Sequence record: OZ035767.1 | DNA length: 44,816 bases | From: Veterinaerplatzvirus T145P1 | Strand: one strand, 5' to 3' | In this document: piece by piece, positions 44,802 through 44,816 of the stretch | How the letters are laid out: each line of letters begins with the position of its first letter | How positions within the stretch are numbered: position 1 is the first letter of the stretch | Notes under the pieces: generated by a model | Told to the model about the DNA's origin: nothing | Database searches by the model: none | Seen by the model: the letters and a program-made list of their open reading frames with translations, nothing else | Translations under genes and position numbers: made by a program

Positions 44802-44816
44802 CGTCTGCAATATGGT

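Noticed and set aside
1-44816. Integrase, CI-like repressor or lysogeny module; transposase or IS element
   Set aside because: No ORF with tyrosine or serine recombinase features, no attachment-site-like tRNA-adjacent integrase and no transposase-sized ORF with terminal inverted repeats; the genome looks strictly lytic.

Overview
The window reads as a near-complete genome of a virulent, T1-like (Drexlerviridae-type) siphovirus of an enterobacterial host; this is inferred from gene content and order alone, with no database search run. Layout: (1) + strand 30-19271, packaging, head and a lambda-like tail module (terminase small/large, portal, scaffold-like, major capsid, connectors, major tail protein, G/GT chaperone with a -1 frameshift, tape measure, M/L/K/I/J homologues); (2) - strand 19303-20510, a tail-associated protein plus a small Cor-like lipoprotein; (3) + strand 20853-24072, recombination module (PD-(D/E)XK exonuclease, Dam-type N6-adenine methyltransferase, ERF-like annealing protein, SSB); (4) - strand 24102-27984, long tail fibre with beta-helix-like C-terminus, primase, HTH regulator; (5) + strand 28086-34905, SF2 helicase, VRR-NUC nuclease, small genes, HTH-metallophosphoesterase, then a lysis cassette (holin, SAR endolysin of the P21 R21 type, unimolecular spanin); (6) - strand 34920-38716, an operon of small unknown genes plus a 527-aa P-loop ATPase; (7) + strand 39603-44732, densely overlapping small early-type genes and a tRNA-Arg(UCU). 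No integrase, repressor/lysogeny module, CRISPR array or transposase was seen. The most striking signal not explained by the genes is a family of at least 16 copies of a conserved intergenic element: a 15-bp palindrome (TAGCAC-GAATT-GCTA and variants), a fixed ~22-bp spacer, a TATAGTTA -10-like box and a CATCGAAACGAGA leader. Second is a pair of AT-rich (TTA)n-containing repeats with GATATAC iterons at the two divergent-transcription junctions (about 20.7 kb and 39.3 kb). Functional calls rest on motif recognition and synteny and should be confirmed by homology search.
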